A stretch of 64,000 nucleotides of DNA from a virus. Below are positions 60,201 through 64,000 of the stretch, piece after piece (position 1 is the first letter of the stretch; each line of letters begins with the position of its first letter). The stretch spans positions 45,142 through 109,141 of IMG/VR virus record IMGVR_UViG_3300050821_006746. One strand, 5' to 3'. The notes below the pieces were generated by a model. The model made no database searches and was not told the origin of the DNA. It saw nothing but the letters and a program-made list of their open reading frames with translations. Position numbers and translations under genes: made by a program.

Positions 60201-63200
60201 GTGACAATTTTCTATGGCTCGTCGATTGCGAATGGCACCATTACCACGGCCAATACTGCCTCTACCACTACGGGTGGCACCGAGACCAGTAAGACAAGCA
60301 CGTGGTCCGGTGGCAATCACTTTGCCGAAGTATGGTCACAGGGCGGATCGTCTACACCTGCAACGTCTATCCCGGCAACACCTGACGGGCATGGGTGGGT
60401 CACGGCTGCTCCTGGCGCGGGATCATTTGCGAACGCCAACTGGTCCGCATCTATCGCCCTCGCTCTCTCCAGCAGCTCCACCGTTTCGTGGACGGTGCGC
60501 TTTTTCAAATATAGTTCTGGCACCTATACCTCTATAGGAACGATTGCCACCTCTGCTGCCAGCCTGGGCACCTCGCGTACCGTTATTTCTTTCGCAGCAA
60601 CCTCAATGGCACTGACTACCTTTGGGGCAGCCGATCTGCTGTATGTGGATCTATGGATGCAAGACACGACCGGGGCGGGCGGAGATAACGCGATTGTGTA
60701 CGAGTCGAACAGCGCAACTCAGGGGGTAGCCAATGATGTGCAAATCACCACGAGCACATTTACCCCATCTGGCACTACCAATAGCCGCACTGTTCCCGCT
60801 ACTGCTGCGTTGCTGCAAACCAGTTCACGCACCGTGCCCGCTACCGCTGCCCTCCAAGCAACAAACTCGCGGACTGTACCTGCAACGGTCGCATTGCTCC
60901 AAACCAGTAGCAGAACCGTGCCCGCTACGGCTGCCCTGGCCAACACATTCAGTAGGACCGTTCCCGCTACTATCGCGCTCGACCAGCCTAGCAGCCGAAC
61001 GGTTCCCGCTACTATCGCGCTTTCAGGAACGTTTAGCCGAACGGTTCCCGCTGTTGTTGCTCTCACTCACACGAGCACGCGAACGGTCCCAGCCAGCATC
61101 GCTCTCTCAACGACTGGACATCGGACTATTCCAGCCAGTATGGCGCTGACCATCGAGATTGCCAGTGGCGGATTCGGCGTGTTCGCAAGCGGACCAAACA
61201 CGGTTTCTTTCGACCATCTGAGATTTACCGAGTATCCTGATCCTGCTCTATGCCTCGCGCCTGTGTTGCCGCGTTTGGGTAGCACCACCGTTGCATGGGA
61301 TGAGGCTATCCCGACGAACGGAGCATGCACAGTCAAAACAAGCCTGGATGGGGTCAACTGGACGGCGATTCCTACACCAACGGCCATGAAATTTGATGGC
61401 ACGAGCGGCTATATCAGCCTGCCAACAACGGGACTACCAACTGGGGCTGCAGCGTGGAGTATGGAGTGCTGGTGTCAGATGCCAAATCCGCTACCAACGA
61501 CAGGGACCGGATTCAACACGACTATGAGCATGGGTACGCCTGGCGTCTCAAACGAGTTTGCATACATCTACTACCGCACAACCGCGACTGCATTTCGTAT
61601 TGACGTGGTAAGCACAAGCATTCAAAGCTCGGTAGTTGTTCCAGGTGGCATCTATCACTTGGTTGCTACCTATGATGGCACAACGCTCAAATTTTTTATG
61701 AACGACATATTGCAGGGAAGCGCAACCGTCACGCTCAACATCACTGCCAGCATTGCGCAAATTGGCAATGACAATTCAGGAGACTTCTGGGCAGGAGTTG
61801 AGCAGGCCAGCGCGTTCTACTCTACCGCGCTCTCTGCCGCCCAAGTCAGCAATCACTTCGCAGCCGGGCTAGTTCCCAATACCTACAACGCGGTAGTGCT
61901 TGCTGACTCGCCAATTCGCTTCTACCTGCTCAATGATGCCGGTACGACAGTCGTCGATAGCGGATCACAGGCGCAAAATGGCACAACACATGGCACAATC
62001 TTGGCGAACGTTCCAGGGATCATTGCCAGCACCAACAGTAACACCAACACGATACCGGGCCTGACTGGGCAGCCTGATCCAACCATCGATATTTTTACAG
62101 TAAACTCGTCAGCAAATTATACGAATACAGCCAAATCAGGCGGTAGCGTGTCCACGGTGGCGTATGACACAGCAAACAGCCGCATAACGCTTTCAGGCGG
62201 CTCCGGTGGTCTCTATCTCTATACTGCCATCAACGACAATGATGTGGATTTGATTGCTGATATGGACGAGTCGGACGCAGGCGGCCTCGTGTGGCGATTT
62301 GTTGATACCAACAACTACTACGAGTTGGGCGCATACGATGATAGCTCGTCCAGCGGCTTTACAAATCAGCTGCGCTTGTACAAGGTTGTGGCTGGTACTC
62401 GCTCACTGATCGGAAGTGCTTCTGTCATCTCATGGCCACGTTCAACGCCTGGCAGTAGCCCATACAAGAGAATCCGAGTAACGATGCTCGGAACCACGAT
62501 CACCGTGTATTTTGATGGCACAGTCATGCAAACCGCGACGGATAGCACGTTCGCGAGTGGTCAGATGGGACTACGCAACGACGGGGGCACATCACGCTAC
62601 TATCAGCTTCGATTGCAGGCGGTTGGGGATTATGTGAGCGGCACACCTGCTGGGGATATCGTGACGAGTGATTTTGTCTACACACAAGTAACACTCTCGA
62701 CGACCGATCCCACCGTCAACCCGCGAATCCAAGACTTGACCACAACGGCAAATAGCCCATCCGTTGGCAACGGCCTGGTCATCCCGCAGTTGCATGATCC
62801 AACCAAACCGTTCGCGGCATTCTACAACGCTGAGATGGACTCACTCGCACAATCGAGTGGAGATTTCTATTGGGCTGTTAACAGCAATGCACTTTCCTTT
62901 GTGGGTCGTCAGGCAGTACCCGCGCCCTGGTGTCTTCACAGTGCAGATTTGTTGTTTACCCCAACCGTGAAGCCGACATTCAGCGCGGATCTCTACCGCA
63001 ACCGCATGAAGATCACCAACTGCCTGGGCACAGTCACCATCACTGGCGAGCAGAAGATAGCCGATGGGACAGCTTCTTCGTGGCAGATGGCCTATCCGCT
63101 CTACAGTGAGCCGAGCATAAACGTGCAGGGTGTTTTCAAGACGGTCGGCGTGCAGGGCGGTACTGTTATAGCTGATTTCTACTGGCAAGCGGCATCAAAC

Positions 63201-63659
63201 AGCATTAGCCAAGACCCAAGCGCGGCAAAGATCCCATCGGGCTATGTAATCAGCGTCGATTATACCGGCCAATTTCCGACAACAGTCGTACGTGACAATT
63301 TGCCAGAGCAGGAGGCGCGCAAATCCGTTGAGAACAACACCGGCATTATAGAGATGATCGAGGATGGCAAGCAGATGCTCGTGAGCGCGGCGCAGATCTA
63401 CGCTGATGGCTTGCTTGCCCGCAATGCAAACAACAATACGGTAGAAATCGTGGTCACAACACAAAGGAGCGGATTACAGAAGGGGCAAGTAGTCCCTGTA
63501 TTCTTAGAGGAATTTAACATCAATAATGCGCAACTGCTGATCACGAATGTGGCCACGATCGGAGAGCAACGGGCAGATGGGACAATTTTGTATCAGTGGA
63601 CGATAACAGCAACGAACGGCCCGAACCTTTCTAAGTGGTCATCGTCATTAGGTTTATGA
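60201..63659 (+). CDS. Tail fibre/tip protein with LamG-like domain and hub-like C-terminus
   Basis: 14-aa repeats; FDGTSGYI...WSMECW...YHLVATYDG (LamG/ConA); C-terminal DSLAQSSG.FYW...RN. Confidence 0.8.
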   Translation: MTIFYGSSIANGTITTANTASTTTGGTETSKTSTWSGGNHFAEVWSQGGSSTPATSIPATPDGHGWVTAAPGAGSFANANWSASIALALSSSSTVSWTVRFFKYSSGTYTSIGTIATSAASLGTSRTVISFAATSMALTTFGAADLLYVDLWMQDTTGAGGDNAIVYESNSATQGVANDVQITTSTFTPSGTTNSRTVPATAALLQTSSRTVPATAALQATNSRTVPATVALLQTSSRTVPATAALANTFSRTVPATIALDQPSSRTVPATIALSGTFSRTVPAVVALTHTSTRTVPASIALSTTGHRTIPASMALTIEIASGGFGVFASGPNTVSFDHLRFTEYPDPALCLAPVLPRLGSTTVAWDEAIPTNGACTVKTSLDGVNWTAIPTPTAMKFDGTSGYISLPTTGLPTGAAAWSMECWCQMPNPLPTTGTGFNTTMSMGTPGVSNEFAYIYYRTTATAFRIDVVSTSIQSSVVVPGGIYHLVATYDGTTLKFFMNDILQGSATVTLNITASIAQIGNDNSGDFWAGVEQASAFYSTALSAAQVSNHFAAGLVPNTYNAVVLADSPIRFYLLNDAGTTVVDSGSQAQNGTTHGTILANVPGIIASTNSNTNTIPGLTGQPDPTIDIFTVNSSANYTNTAKSGGSVSTVAYDTANSRITLSGGSGGLYLYTAINDNDVDLIADMDESDAGGLVWRFVDTNNYYELGAYDDSSSSGFTNQLRLYKVVAGTRSLIGSASVISWPRSTPGSSPYKRIRVTMLGTTITVYFDGTVMQTATDSTFASGQMGLRNDGGTSRYYQLRLQAVGDYVSGTPAGDIVTSDFVYTQVTLSTTDPTVNPRIQDLTTTANSPSVGNGLVIPQLHDPTKPFAAFYNAEMDSLAQSSGDFYWAVNSNALSFVGRQAVPAPWCLHSADLLFTPTVKPTFSADLYRNRMKITNCLGTVTITGEQKIADGTASSWQMAYPLYSEPSINVQGVFKTVGVQGGTVIADFYWQAASNSISQDPSAAKIPSGYVISVDYTGQFPTTVVRDNLPEQEARKSVENNTGIIEMIEDGKQMLVSAAQIYADGLLARNANNNTVEIVVTTQRSGLQKGQVVPVFLEEFNINNAQLLITNVATIGEQRADGTILYQWTITATNGPNLSKWSSSLGL
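60780..61157 (+). repeat. Nine 42-bp coding repeats (SRTVPATxAL)
   Basis: Tandem 14-aa units visible in protein and DNA. Confidence 0.9.
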
Positions 63660-63692
63660 GTGGCATTACGCATAACAAGGAAAGAGGCAATT

Positions 63693-63926
63693 ATGAACTG
63701 GTTAAGTGTTTTTACTACGCTTTTTGATATTGTATGGCTTATAGTGCTGCTCTCCGTTTTATGGCGCATTATGCGAAGTTCAGAACGCAACTCAAAGGCC
63801 AATCAAATCATTGCCGAGACGCTGATTGGCACGTCTGCAAGCAACGCTCAGAGCGCAAAAGAAGCGGTCAAAGTGGCACAAGACGCAATTGATTTGCTAA
63901 AGGGACAATTACATGGGGCTAAATAA
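63693..63926 (+). CDS. Small membrane protein, possibly lysis module
   Basis: N-terminal TM helix then coiled coil; after tail genes; followed by another TM ORF truncated at window end. Confidence 0.5.
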   Translation: MNWLSVFTTLFDIVWLIVLLSVLWRIMRSSERNSKANQIIAETLIGTSASNAQSAKEAVKVAQDAIDLLKGQLHGAK

Positions 63927-64000
63927 TCCAAATGTATTTCTGCCAATTATCAGTATTGTTGTCTCTATCCTTGTGGTAGCAGGCGGATTTGCAGCATTCA

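Noticed and set aside
59131-60204. 357-aa plus-strand ORF
   Set aside because: Antisense shadow of the clear HNH gene; no RBS or recognisable motifs
60780-61157. Regular 42-bp repeats as a CRISPR array
   Set aside because: Degenerate in-frame coding repeats with third-position variation, no spacers, no cas genes

Overview
The window is a large part of a temperate-type siphovirus (HK97-fold head, long non-contractile tail) or prophage. The host cannot be read from the sequence; Chloroflexota/Ktedonobacteria is only an impression from the gene style. Bases 1-31.2 kb are early/accessory genes: dozens of small translationally coupled ORFs in alternating blocks, an orphan OmpR-type regulator, a Dam-like and a C5 methyltransferase (the latter with an overlapping alternate-frame subunit), a replication initiator with internal iterons, a DnaC-like loader, a tyrosine recombinase and a ~500-nt highly structured non-coding region containing a tRNA-like element. 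Bases 31.5-64 kb are the morphogenesis module (terminases, portal, protease, capsid, connectors, two tail-tube-like genes, frameshifting tail chaperone, tape measure, tail tip/fibre, start of probable lysis genes), heavily interrupted by small ORFs and free-standing endonucleases. Most notable: (1) a Hint domain ending HN-K inside the tape measure protein; (2) the tape-measure C-terminal motif copied onto two small proteins, with an identical 36-bp duplication; (3) a conserved two-hairpin 5' leader shared by three dissimilar endonuclease genes; (4) a Com-like Zn finger plus GAGCCTT repeats overlapping a terminator and an RBS hairpin ahead of the tail operon; (5) a tail-tip/hub gene apparently split by a ~3-kb insertion; (6) the structured RNA locus at 28.85-29.34 kb. 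All family assignments are from motif recognition by eye; no searches were run.
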